A stretch of DNA of 64,000 nt from an uncultured Erysipelotrichaceae bacterium (GCA_900315885.1 ONAT01000003.1:14307-78306), one strand, 5' to 3'; numbered from the stretch's first letter, positions 10,170 through 19,455 are shown. Numbers and translations are program-made. Notes: generated from the sequence alone by a model not told the origin.

Positions 10170-10191
10170 TTGCTTTTATTCATAAAAGCAA
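10170..10191. repeat. Perfect inverted repeat TTGCTTTTAT-TC-ATAAAAGCAA
   Basis: 10-bp arms with a 2-bp centre, between the lysS terminator and the clpC-like start. Confidence 0.9.
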
Positions 10192-10192
10192 T

Positions 10193-10217
10193 AAAAAAGC
10201 CACTATGTAAGTGGCTT
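10193..10217 (-). terminator. Terminator after lysS (overlaps its stop codon)
   Basis: AAGCCACT-5 nt-AGTGGCTT plus T6. Confidence 0.8.
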
Positions 10218-11715
10218 ATCTATCTCTCATGCAAGGAAATAAAATAACTTCTCGAATTGATGGCTCTTCAGTTAAGAACATGACAAGTCTATCAATGCCA
10301 ATACCAACTCCACCACATGGTGGCATGCCGTATTCGAGTGATTCAACGAAATCAACATCCATTTCGTTAGCTTCATCGTTTCCAGCATCTCTTTCTTTTA
10401 ATTGTTCAATGAATCTATTTCTTTGATCAATTGGGTCATTTAATTCGGTATATGCATTTGCGAATTCATGTCCTCCAATGTAAAGTTCAAATCTTTGAAC
10501 AAATCTTGGATCTTCTGGATCAATTTTAGTTAATGGTGAAATTTCAACTGGGTGACCACATAAGAATGTTGGTTGCACAAGTTTTTCTTCACAATATGTT
10601 TCAAAGAATGCATCAATAATATGTCCGACAGTAAAATGTTTTTCTACTTGTACATTGTGTTTCTTAGCTAAAGCAACAGCTTCTTCAAGAGTGTAGTGGT
10701 TGTTTTTAAAATCAACACCTGTTTCTTGCTTAATCATATCGCACATTGTTACTACTCTAAATGGTTTAGAAATATCAATTTTTTCTCCTTCTGGGTTGAA
10801 AATGTTGATAAATTCTGTTTTACCAATTGCTTTTTCCGCTGCGCTTCTAATTAAGCCTTCAGTAATTCTCATCATTGAAGATAAATCACCATAAGCTTCA
10901 TAAAGTTCAATAGTGGTAAATTCAGGGTTATGTGTTAAATCCATGCCTTCGTTTCTAAATAAACGGCCAATTTCATAAACCTTTTCTAGTCCCCCAACGA
11001 TTAAACGTTTTAATGGTAATTCAGTAGCAATTCTTAAATAAAAATTCTTATCTAAGGCGTTGTGATGAGTAATAAATGGTCTTGCCGTAGCTCCACCTTG
11101 AATTGGTTGTAAAACTGGTGTCTCAACTTCCACAAAGCCTAAGTTATCACAATAGTTTTGAATTGCACGAATAATCTTTGGACGTGTAAGAGCAATTCTT
11201 TTAGCATCTTCATTCATAATTAAATCGACATATCTTCTTCTATATCTTTCTTCTTTATCAGTTAAACCATGAAATTTTTCTGGTAAAGGTCTCAAAGCTT
11301 TGGATAAATGTGTATATTCTAAACATTTAACTGTTGGTTCTCCTGTTCTTGTTAACATAACAATACCTTTAACACCTACGAAGTCACCAACGTCCGCCAT
11401 CTTAAAGAGATTGTATTTTTCTTCACCAACATCGTTAATACTAATGTAAACTTGTTGCTTTCCTTTAACATCTTGAATTGCAAAAAAACTGGCTTTTCCC
11501 ATTTTTCTAATAAACATTATTCTACCTGCAATTGATACATGTAAGTTTAATGCTTCAACCTCTTCGTGAGATAAACCTTCAATTTTCTTTCTAATATCTA
11601 AAGACCAATCAGTTCTATCAAATGCTTGTCCAAATGGATCAATGTTCATTTCTTTTAACTTTTCGACTTTTTGTCTTCTAATTAATTCTTGATCGTTTAA
11701 TTCTTTTTCTTCCAT
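10216..11715 (-). CDS. lysS: Lysine--tRNA ligase (class II)
   Basis: About 500 aa with a LysS-typical OB domain and class II motifs. ATG at 11715 preceded by AGAGGTG; the track's GTG at 11724 lies inside the RBS. Confidence 0.95.
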   Translation of the reverse strand: MEEKELNDQELIRRQKVEKLKEMNIDPFGQAFDRTDWSLDIRKKIEGLSHEEVEALNLHVSIAGRIMFIRKMGKASFFAIQDVKGKQQVYISINDVGEEKYNLFKMADVGDFVGVKGIVMLTRTGEPTVKCLEYTHLSKALRPLPEKFHGLTDKEERYRRRYVDLIMNEDAKRIALTRPKIIRAIQNYCDNLGFVEVETPVLQPIQGGATARPFITHHNALDKNFYLRIATELPLKRLIVGGLEKVYEIGRLFRNEGMDLTHNPEFTTIELYEAYGDLSSMMRITEGLIRSAAEKAIGKTEFINIFNPEGEKIDISKPFRVVTMCDMIKQETGVDFKNNHYTLEEAVALAKKHNVQVEKHFTVGHIIDAFFETYCEEKLVQPTFLCGHPVEISPLTKIDPEDPRFVQRFELYIGGHEFANAYTELNDPIDQRNRFIEQLKERDAGNDEANEMDVDFVESLEYGMPPCGGVGIGIDRLVMFLTEEPSIREVILFPCMRDR

Positions 11716-11767
11716 CTTAAACACACCTCTTTAATACTTTCACATTTTAACAAATTTATTATATCAT

Positions 11768-12742
11768 TTAAAGTAAATTTACTTTAATCTCTTCTAATAT
11801 CGCATTCAAATCAGCAATTGTGCTCATTTCTGCAGATAATTTTAAGCGATATTTTTTTAAATTAGGGAATCCTTTAAAAAAATGTGGAGCAATTCCCCTT
11901 AATTCATGAATAGCTGCATATTCACCTTTAAGATTTATAAGTGACTTTGCGTATTCTCTTAAATATTTTATTTGATCATCAAGCGTTGCTTTCTCTATTT
12001 TATTTCCAGTTTTAAAATAATTATCAATTTGCGTTATTAAAAATGGATTTCCTAACGCTCCTCGTGCGACCATAATAAAATCAGCATTTGTCATTTTTTG
12101 CGCCCTAATTGCGTCATCTAAAGTAAAAATATCACCACTTATTGCAAGTGGAATTCGCATAATACTCTTTATGTTTTTTATACGTTCATAGTTTGCTTCC
12201 CCAGCATATAACTGATTTCTTGTTCTCGGATGAATTGTAATCAATGATACGCCCGCATCTTGTAACACAGTTACTATGTCTTCTATGTTAATCGATTGAT
12301 TATCCCAACCAATTCTAACTTTTGCCGTAACTGGTTTTTTAGACTCTTTTACAAGTGAAGACATCATATCATACAATTCATCTTTACGCTTTAACCACGC
12401 TGAACCTGCACCGGTTTTTGTCACTTTTGGAACAGGACATCCTAAATTCACATCAATAAAATCATAATCAATATTTTGCAATTCAATTATTTTTAATGCT
12501 TTTAAAATTGTATCTTTACTTCCACCAAATAGTTGTATTGCTACTGGATGTTCGCTAGGCGAAGTCACTAAATATTTATAAGTCTCTTTGTTTTCATATA
12601 TTAGTCCACAATCGCTAACCATTTCAGTAAAAGTAAGACCAATCCCAAACTCTTTCATAAATGTACGATATGCAACATTAGTGATTCCCGCCATTGGGGC
12701 TAAAAGCACTCTGCTTTTTAGTTCAATGTTTCCTACCTTCAT
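11768..12742 (-). CDS. dusB: tRNA-dihydrouridine synthase
   Basis: 324 aa; LAPMAGITN... and catalytic-region NLGCP motif of the Dus family. Confidence 0.9.
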   Translation of the reverse strand: MKVGNIELKSRVLLAPMAGITNVAYRTFMKEFGIGLTFTEMVSDCGLIYENKETYKYLVTSPSEHPVAIQLFGGSKDTILKALKIIELQNIDYDFIDVNLGCPVPKVTKTGAGSAWLKRKDELYDMMSSLVKESKKPVTAKVRIGWDNQSINIEDIVTVLQDAGVSLITIHPRTRNQLYAGEANYERIKNIKSIMRIPLAISGDIFTLDDAIRAQKMTNADFIMVARGALGNPFLITQIDNYFKTGNKIEKATLDDQIKYLREYAKSLINLKGEYAAIHELRGIAPHFFKGFPNLKKYRLKLSAEMSTIADLNAILEEIKVNLL

Positions 12743-12746
12743 ACTT

Positions 12747-12773
12747 CAAAAAAGGAAAGGATTACTCCTTCCC
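12747..12773 (-). terminator. Hairpin/U-run overlapping the ftsH stop, 19 nt before dusB
   Basis: GGGAAGGA-GTAA-TCCTTTCC (one G-U pair) plus T6. Confidence 0.65.
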
Positions 12774-14702
12774 TTCTCCATTTTCCTCAGTAGGTTTTTC
12801 TTGAGTTTCAGTTTTAACTTCTTCTGATGGTAAATGACGATGTTCCATCAAATAAGAAATCTCTTCAGCAGTGATAGTCTCTTGCTTCAACAATGTTTCA
12901 GCAATCAACTTAACATCTTCAATATGTTCTTCAAGAATTTGTCTTGCTTGTTTATGCGCTTCATCAATGATATTACGAACTTGTGTATCAATTTCATAAG
13001 CAATTTGCGTTGAGAAATTCTTTTGTGTTGAATTGTAATCACGGCCTAAGAATACAGAGCCAGTGTCACTTTCATATTGAATAGGCCCTAATGATGACAT
13101 ACCAAATTCTGTAACCATTCTTCTTGCAATCTTTGTTGCCATTTCAATATCGTTACTTGCGCCAGTAGATACATCTTTAAAGAATATTTCTTCTGATGTT
13201 CTACCGCCTAAATAGCCAACAATACGAGCAATTAATTGATTCTTAGTTAAGTTAAAGTGGTCAGTGTCAGGTGCTAATCTCACATGTCCACCTGTCCTAC
13301 CACGTGGAATGATTGTAATCTTTTGAACCTTATCAGAGTATTCAAGGAATAAACCAATAACTGCGTGTCCTGCTTCGTGATATGCAATGGTTTTCTTTTC
13401 AAATGGATCCATCTCACGTGAACTCTTAGCAGGTCCAACATAACGACGATCAATAGCTTCATCAATTTCTTTTAAAGAAACAATATCTTTATGACCGCGT
13501 ACCGCTAAAATCGCAGCTTCATTTAAAACGTTCTCTAAGTCAGCTCCTGAAAAGCCAACAGTACGTTTTGCTAAATCTTCAAAGTTAACTGATGGGTCAA
13601 TCTTTTTATTGCGTGCATGTACACGTAAGATTGCTTCTCTGCCTTTTCGATCAGGTAAATCAACAGTAATTTGTCTATCAAAACGACCAGCACGTAACAA
13701 TGCAGGGTCTAATACGTCATCTCTGTTAGTTGCAGCAATAACGATAATACCAGCATTATCAGAGAAACCATCCATTTCTACTAATAATTGGTTAAGTGTT
13801 TGTTCACGTTCATCGTTTCCACCGCCTAAACCAGCACCTCTTTGACGACCGACAGCATCGATTTCATCAATAAAGATTAAGCAAGGTGCGTTCTTTTTAG
13901 CAGTTCTAAACATATCTCTAACACGTCCAGCACCAACACCGACGAACATTTCAACGAAATCAGAACCAGAAATTGAATAGAATGGGACTCCAGCTTCACC
14001 CGCTACAGCTTTAGCAAGTAAAGTTTTACCGGTTCCCGGAGGTCCAACTAACAATACACCTTTTGGTAATTTTGCACCAAATTCTGAATATTTCTTTGGG
14101 TTTTTTAAGTAATCAACTAATTCGACTAACTCAGCTTTTTCTTCATCAGCACCAGCGACATCATCAAATGTGACATTTGAAGCATCAATCTTACGTGCTC
14201 TTGACTTATTGAAGTCCATAGCTTTGTTATTGGAACTATTAACAGAATTGCTCATTCCTCTAAACATTAGAATACAAACAACGCCAGTTCCCACGACTAA
14301 CAAAATTGTTGGTCCCCATGTTTCAAACCATGAAGTTTGATAAGCGTCTACTACTTTGTAAATTGAGCTTGTATAGTAAGCGTTGCCTTCAGTATCTAAT
14401 CTTGTAACAATGGCATTATGAATTTGATTTAGAAGTTCGTCATCATCTGCGAATTGACATTCGAATCTAATAGTTTTGCCCTCAGCGTTCTTATATTGCC
14501 CTGAGAAAGATGTTACTTTTGTTTTTGGCGTTTCCACTAATTCAGTAATTTCTGCAGTATCAACAAAGTTTTTAAAATCGCCTACAGCAATTGTTTCTGG
14601 CTTGCTACCATTGAACAATAGAAGGAATGTCATCATTCCTAATATTAATGCCACAAACAAATAAGGGAAAATAAAGCTAAATATACTCTTATTTCTTTTC
14701 AT
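12762..14702 (-). CDS. ftsH: ATP-dependent zinc metalloprotease FtsH
   Basis: 646 aa; [13 protein letters not shown] Walker A, second region of homology, HEAGHA zinc motif. Confidence 0.97.
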   Translation of the reverse strand: MKRNKSIFSFIFPYLFVALILGMMTFLLLFNGSKPETIAVGDFKNFVDTAEITELVETPKTKVTSFSGQYKNAEGKTIRFECQFADDDELLNQIHNAIVTRLDTEGNAYYTSSIYKVVDAYQTSWFETWGPTILLVVGTGVVCILMFRGMSNSVNSSNNKAMDFNKSRARKIDASNVTFDDVAGADEEKAELVELVDYLKNPKKYSEFGAKLPKGVLLVGPPGTGKTLLAKAVAGEAGVPFYSISGSDFVEMFVGVGAGRVRDMFRTAKKNAPCLIFIDEIDAVGRQRGAGLGGGNDEREQTLNQLLVEMDGFSDNAGIIVIAATNRDDVLDPALLRAGRFDRQITVDLPDRKGREAILRVHARNKKIDPSVNFEDLAKRTVGFSGADLENVLNEAAILAVRGHKDIVSLKEIDEAIDRRYVGPAKSSREMDPFEKKTIAYHEAGHAVIGLFLEYSDKVQKITIIPRGRTGGHVRLAPDTDHFNLTKNQLIARIVGYLGGRTSEEIFFKDVSTGASNDIEMATKIARRMVTEFGMSSLGPIQYESDTGSVFLGRDYNSTQKNFSTQIAYEIDTQVRNIIDEAHKQARQILEEHIEDVKLIAETLLKQETITAEEISYLMEHRHLPSEEVKTETQEKPTEENGEGKE

Positions 14703-14728
14703 AATTCTACCTCCTCTTAATATATTTT

Positions 14729-14747
14729 CTAATATTTATAATATTAG
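14729..14747. repeat. Inverted repeat CTAATATT-TAT-AATATTAG upstream of the ftsH RBS
   Basis: 8-bp perfect arms; ends 12 nt upstream of the GAGGAGG RBS on the minus strand. Confidence 0.9.
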
Positions 14748-14787
14748 TTTTAATCGTTTATTCGATAAAAGTATTATATATAAACAA

Positions 14788-16008
14788 TTAAATTTTTACA
14801 ACAAAAAAGTTATTACTATTTTTACTCTTTTCATCATAGTAACGAAGGACATAAACTAGTTGTCCTTTTTTATTAAAAATAAGTGGCCACACAGTTCTTA
14901 ATTCTTTCGGCATTTTCCAGTCAATATAGAGTCTTGAGACCTTTTTCGGAATGTTATTAATATAACTCATATCTCCTTTTTGTGCGTTTCTAATCGTCAA
15001 TGGGAAGTCATCTTCTGAAACTCGCAAATCTTTATAGTGGTTAAGTAAATCCACTCTAAAGAATTCAGTATCAACTATTGCAGGTTCCCTTACGATATAA
15101 GTATAGTTGTTCACTTCTAAATTATCGCCAATTTTTAAGATTTTATAATCTTTTATAAAGAATTTGTTTTTTGTTATTGGAATTCTAATGTTTGGGTGTT
15201 CATTGTTTAATGCTTTAAGCAATTCTTTAACCGCAAACAAAGATGCACTTTTCTTAATACAATTTTGTTTTAACAATAAGTCGATAGCGTATTGAACGTC
15301 TTTAATATCTGGAAGCGAAAGTATGTAAGCAATTTCTATTTGTTTATCCACAATATGCTCAGATATTTCCTTTAGTTTCTTCTCAATTTGCTTGTTTTGA
15401 GAATCAATTGTCTTTACCACTTCTAGTTTTTCTTTTTTTGTAAGCTTATTAATAGTTTCATGTCTGATTTTATTTCTTGTATACATATCACTATCATTAG
15501 AAACATCTAAAGAGAATGGAACATTATTGTCTAGACAATAATCATATAATTCTTGTTTTTCGTAACTTAATAAAGGCCTTAATACTTTTACTTCATTAAT
15601 AGTTGTTTGTCTTTTGATGCCATAGTAATCAAGCAACTTATTCTTACTAGTTTGCATTATGTATGTTTCAAGTAAGTCATCCATATGATGTGCAACAAGT
15701 AGTGCATCAGCATTATTTTCTCTTATGCACTTAGCGAAAAAGTCGTAACGGATTTCACGTGCCCAAGCCTGGAAATTACCTTTATGTTCTATACCTTCCG
15801 TATCTAAAACCATAATTTTAATATCGTTTTGTGCGCATATTTTTCTTAATGATTCTTCTTCATAATTAGAAACATCTCTTTTGTGATAATTAACATGTGC
15901 TACTGCAAAGTGATAATGTCCTTTGATGAGCATATCAAAAAGAGCCATTGAATCTGGCCCGAAAGAACACGCCAATACATAAAATAAATCTTTATTTAAA
16001 TCTAGCAC
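14788..16008 (-). CDS. tilS: tRNA(Ile)-lysidine synthase
   Basis: 406 aa; PP-loop CSFGPDS near the N-terminus; upstream of ftsH as in Bacillus (no hprT between them here). Confidence 0.9.
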   Translation of the reverse strand: MLDLNKDLFYVLACSFGPDSMALFDMLIKGHYHFAVAHVNYHKRDVSNYEEESLRKICAQNDIKIMVLDTEGIEHKGNFQAWAREIRYDFFAKCIRENNADALLVAHHMDDLLETYIMQTSKNKLLDYYGIKRQTTINEVKVLRPLLSYEKQELYDYCLDNNVPFSLDVSNDSDMYTRNKIRHETINKLTKKEKLEVVKTIDSQNKQIEKKLKEISEHIVDKQIEIAYILSLPDIKDVQYAIDLLLKQNCIKKSASLFAVKELLKALNNEHPNIRIPITKNKFFIKDYKILKIGDNLEVNNYTYIVREPAIVDTEFFRVDLLNHYKDLRVSEDDFPLTIRNAQKGDMSYINNIPKKVSRLYIDWKMPKELRTVWPLIFNKKGQLVYVLRYYDEKSKNSNNFFVVKI

Positions 16009-16031
16009 ATCTCATCACCATACATAATATA

Positions 16032-18164
16032 TCACAATATTTTTATTGTGATAATAGTGGAATCATCCGTAAATGCATTTTCATTATTTAACGTATTAAA
16101 TATTGTTCTTGTAAATTGGTTCATATCATCTTTGTTCCCTAAAAGTAATACTTTATTATCATCTTCAATTCTTTCGCCAATTCCATCGCTCACAATTGCT
16201 AATACATCACCAACTTTAAATTCAAAAGCAATAGAATCAAATGTACAGTCATTAACTATTCCTAATGGAAGGTTATGCTTGTTTATGGCAATAATCTTCC
16301 CGTCTCTAAGTATATAAGAAACAAATGATCCTGCTTTAACAAAACTTCCTTTAAGTGAAGTCAGATTAATTTTTATTAAATCTAATGTGCAGTAGTTTTC
16401 TAAATGATTTTTGATAAGCAACATATTATTTAAATCTTTAACCATTGCAGAAAACGGAGTTTCCATCTCAAGATGAGTTTCGACAGCAGAAAGCAAATAT
16501 TTTGAACATTTTTCCGCTACTTCACCATGTCCCATTCCATCACAAAGGCAAATAAATAAATCACTATCTTTTACAATTATTGAATAATTGTCACCATTGA
16601 ATGGTGGTTCGATAGCTTTAGACAACACTCCAAAATCATATCGATGATTTGGTTTCTTTTTATAAATAACAGTAATTGTAGATGTTAGTATGTTTTGTGG
16701 TTGCATGTGTTTCTCAAATTCACAATCTGAATTAGATTTTAAAAAGGCATCAAATTCTTCAATATTATGTTCATAATTCTCTAAGTTAAATGTCACACAA
16801 ATATCATCATTTTGCATATGAAAATCAAAATAATGAAGATTAGATTCTAATATTCTTCTTTCAAGCAAATTAAAACTTTTATTGTTGAATCTTTTCTCGC
16901 ATGATGATAACGGATTTTTAATAGATTTCAGAATATATTTAATTGATTCGTTTGCATTATCATATTTGTTATAGTAAATCTTTCCGTTTTTATAAACTAA
17001 ATAATATGTTTCAATTGCTGTAATTAGTTTATAAGGCGTAATACATAATTCCTGGATTTTCTTTTTTTTTGCAAAATTTACTTTCTCATCAAAATATTCT
17101 GCAATATCTTTACGGATTTTACATAATTGATAATGCGGACAATTGGCACAAACAGTGTTTTTTATTTGAATTATTGCGTTATCATAAGGAGTGACAGTGT
17201 CTTGATTTGATACATTATAGTCAATTAAGGAAACATATTTATTTAATGTACGTATTTGTGAATTGGCGTAAGTTAAGTATTGCTTTTCTTTTTTGCTTAC
17301 TGCTAGATTTGAACTTTTAAAATAAGAGAATATTTTCTCTTGGATATCTTTTTTAATAATGATAGCCACCAATACCGCAGCAAAAGCGGCATAAAAAGAC
17401 ACATTTAAATAAAATGGAGTTGGTGAAAACAACACAATCGCGGTGTTTAAAATCAAGTATCCCATTAAATTAAATTTCTTTAGAATTAAAACGATAAATA
17501 ATGGTAAAAATAGTGCGCTCGCAGTCACAACCGAATAATGTAAACATGTGATACAAAACACACAACTTAATAAAATAGATAATGCTCCTATCTCGTTTTT
17601 TAAATTAAGTGCGACAAGTAATAAAATAACACGCACCCATATTAGTCCCACTGGTTCAAAAAATGTTCCAATAATCGCCACAAGCATTAGGACCATCGCT
17701 TTATCAATTGAAGAGCAAGCAACATTATCGTTTTTTAAAGACATAACAAATTTTTCAATTGAGGTTATAGCAAATATTTGAAACATAATATTAACAACTG
17801 ATGACACAAGATTTTCAAAGGAAAAATCGACAATTAAAGATATAGCAAGATATAAAATATTCACTGCAATTACAGGATATAATTTATTAGATGGGTTTCT
17901 AAATAAATAAGAAATAATAGATGCAAAAAATAAAAACAAGATACTAATGAATCCTATTTCTAAAGCATATTTTTGATACATCACAAAAGCTAAGACACAC
18001 ATAGCAAATACATTTAGCACATAATAACGTAATCCTTTATAAAAAGAAAAAAACAAAGCAATTATTACAAACGGATTCATTGCAAAAGAATCACTAAACA
18101 AGGTTGTAAGCAATGACATAAATAGAATTAAAAACACACTTCTCTTCTCCATAATTTTTCGCAT
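16032..18164 (-). CDS. spoIIE: Stage II sporulation protein E (polytopic membrane domain + PP2C phosphatase)
   Basis: 710 aa; about 270 aa of TM helices, C-terminal PP2C-like region (LCDGMGHG ... SDGIGE ... DDSTII). Confidence 0.8.
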   Translation of the reverse strand: MRKIMEKRSVFLILFMSLLTTLFSDSFAMNPFVIIALFFSFYKGLRYYVLNVFAMCVLAFVMYQKYALEIGFISILFLFFASIISYLFRNPSNKLYPVIAVNILYLAISLIVDFSFENLVSSVVNIMFQIFAITSIEKFVMSLKNDNVACSSIDKAMVLMLVAIIGTFFEPVGLIWVRVILLLVALNLKNEIGALSILLSCVFCITCLHYSVVTASALFLPLFIVLILKKFNLMGYLILNTAIVLFSPTPFYLNVSFYAAFAAVLVAIIIKKDIQEKIFSYFKSSNLAVSKKEKQYLTYANSQIRTLNKYVSLIDYNVSNQDTVTPYDNAIIQIKNTVCANCPHYQLCKIRKDIAEYFDEKVNFAKKKKIQELCITPYKLITAIETYYLVYKNGKIYYNKYDNANESIKYILKSIKNPLSSCEKRFNNKSFNLLERRILESNLHYFDFHMQNDDICVTFNLENYEHNIEEFDAFLKSNSDCEFEKHMQPQNILTSTITVIYKKKPNHRYDFGVLSKAIEPPFNGDNYSIIVKDSDLFICLCDGMGHGEVAEKCSKYLLSAVETHLEMETPFSAMVKDLNNMLLIKNHLENYCTLDLIKINLTSLKGSFVKAGSFVSYILRDGKIIAINKHNLPLGIVNDCTFDSIAFEFKVGDVLAIVSDGIGERIEDDNKVLLLGNKDDMNQFTRTIFNTLNNENAFTDDSTIITIKIL

Positions 18165-18174
18165 AAAATCACCC

Positions 18175-18194
18175 TTAGATTAATATTAATCTAA
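18175..18194. repeat. 20-bp perfect palindrome TTAGATTAATATTAATCTAA abutting the spoIIE RBS
   Basis: Self-complementary over all 20 nt; directly adjacent to the GGGTGA RBS (18169-18174, minus strand). Confidence 0.9.
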
Positions 18195-18209
18195 AAGAAA
18201 CACTAATAA

Positions 18210-18216
18210 TGTCGAA
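18210..18216 (+). promoter_or_regulatory. Candidate Spo0A box upstream of spoIIE
   Basis: Exact TGTCGAA heptamer 46-52 nt upstream of the spoIIE start. The heptamer alone is expected several times by chance in 64 kb. Confidence 0.3.
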
Positions 18217-18240
18217 AAAAAGTAGCATTTCTGCTACTTT
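18214..18240 (-). terminator. Terminator after the divIC-like gene
   Basis: AAGTAGCA-4 nt-TGCTACTT plus T7. Confidence 0.8.
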
Positions 18241-18470
18241 GAAAATTCAATTATAGTTTTTTCATCATACACTGTATAGTCATCATAAATATATATATCA
18301 TATACTTGATTGTCTGGATCTGCTAAATAGTCTTCAATATTTGCTTTTTGTTGTTGCAACTCATTATTGTATTGAACCTTTTTATAAATAACTACACCCA
18401 TAGTTATTACTAAAGCAAGAGAAACAAAAGAAGTGATTAAAGATAATATATTACGTGCTTTTTTTGACAT
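18234..18470 (-). CDS. Small bitopic membrane protein in the DivIC/FtsB position
   Basis: 78 aa, one TM helix then a short polar segment; follows yabQ as divIC does in B. subtilis. Assignment by position only. Confidence 0.4.
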   Translation of the reverse strand: MSKKARNILSLITSFVSLALVITMGVVIYKKVQYNNELQQQKANIEDYLADPDNQVYDIYIYDDYTVYDEKTIIEFSK

Positions 18471-18861
18471 CTTTTTTCCTCCTTTTAATCTTAAATTTTA
18501 CTTTAATATTATTATAGATACTTTTTAATTTCTTGAGTAGATTTTTTATAACTTTTTTTATTTTCATTATTAACCTGCTATTAAACCCATTTATTATTTT
18601 GGCATAGAACTTTTGATAAACAAAAGCACCTATAAATAACGCCAAAGGATAAAAAATATTTAAAATCCCATTGCATACCACAACTAGAAACTGATGATAT
18701 ATGAAAGCAAGTGCAGTAAAAAGCAAAATTTCAAAAGGAAGTCGTATTAAACTTTTTTTATATTTATAAAACAATGTGTTAAAAAAAGACCATATAGATA
18801 AAAATAGCATTCCTAGGAAGATTGATCCTAGGAACACTTGGAATTGTTCAAAAAGAGTCAT
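18451..18861 (-). CDS. yabQ: Spore cortex biosynthesis membrane protein YabQ
   Basis: 136 aa, hydrophobic N-half plus Lys-rich tail; immediately follows yabP. Confidence 0.6.
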   Translation of the reverse strand: MTLFEQFQVFLGSIFLGMLFLSIWSFFNTLFYKYKKSLIRLPFEILLFTALAFIYHQFLVVVCNGILNIFYPLALFIGAFVYQKFYAKIINGFNSRLIMKIKKVIKNLLKKLKSIYNNIKVKFKIKRRKKDVKKST

Positions 18862-19139
18862 TATTTAAATAGTTTTGATAAAAAACTCTCTTTTGTGGTG
18901 CTTGTTTTTCCTTTATCCATAAACTTAACACCATCAATGTTACCTTTAATTGTAATTAAACCTTTTTCCATATTCATGTTGCCCAATTCTAATTCTGTTC
19001 CGGTGACATGAAGAAATCCCATTGTTGTATCTAATAAAAATTCTTTAGAATCGAAACTATCTAACTTTGTTATACCACTTAAATCCAAATTCTTTCGATC
19101 CTTAATTACAATTAAGTTTTCAGTTTGCATATTTTCCAT
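18861..19139 (-). CDS. yabP: Sporulation protein YabP
   Basis: 92 aa; ...KDRKNLDLSGITKLDSFDSKEF...VTGTELEL... typical YabP. Confidence 0.8.
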   Translation of the reverse strand: MENMQTENLIVIKDRKNLDLSGITKLDSFDSKEFLLDTTMGFLHVTGTELELGNMNMEKGLITIKGNIDGVKFMDKGKTSTTKESFLSKLFK

Positions 19140-19160
19140 TAAAAAACACCCCTATAGATG

Positions 19161-19433
19161 CTATGCAACATCAGGAGTGTTTATGACTTTATCTTCTAAT
19201 ATTTTATACATTTCGTCACAATTACCTTTGCGTGGAGTTAAAGACAAATTCAATACCTCAATCACAAGTTTGTGCTTTCCAAGATGCAATTCTACAACAT
19301 CTCCAACACTAATTTCCTTTGATGGTTTAACTTGTTTACCATTTACAAATATTTATCCATTATCCACAATTTCTTTAGCAATTGTGCGTCTTTTTATAAG
19401 TCTTGTCATTTTTAAATACTTATCAATTCTCAA
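19161..19433 (-). pseudogene. yabO: S4-domain Hsp15-like protein YabO/RqcP interrupted by an in-frame TAA
   Basis: Hand translation from TTG 19433 (GGTGA RBS upstream): (M)RIDKYLKMTRLIKRRTIAKEIVDNG*IFVNGKQVKPSKEISVGDVVELHLGKHKLVIEVLNLSLTPRKGNCDEMYKILEDKVINTPDVA*. Internal TAA at 19355-19353. Both halves align to the S4-domain YabO pattern (MRLDKFLK.SRLIKRRT.AKE....G.I.VNG). The 86-aa plus-strand track ORF here is its antisense shadow. Confidence 0.7.
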
Positions 19434-19455
19434 TTAAATCACCAAAGGCATTATA

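Noticed and set aside
10121-10215. CtsR operator or CIRCE element upstream of the clpC-like gene
   Set aside because: There is no GGTCAAA-type direct heptad repeat and no TTAGCACTC-N9-GAGTGCTAA. Only the unrelated palindrome reported in the findings is present.
19177-19437. 86-aa plus-strand ORF from the track
   Set aside because: No RBS or recognisable motif. It is the antisense shadow of the yabO/rqcP-like gene, whose S4-domain sequence reads clearly on the minus strand.
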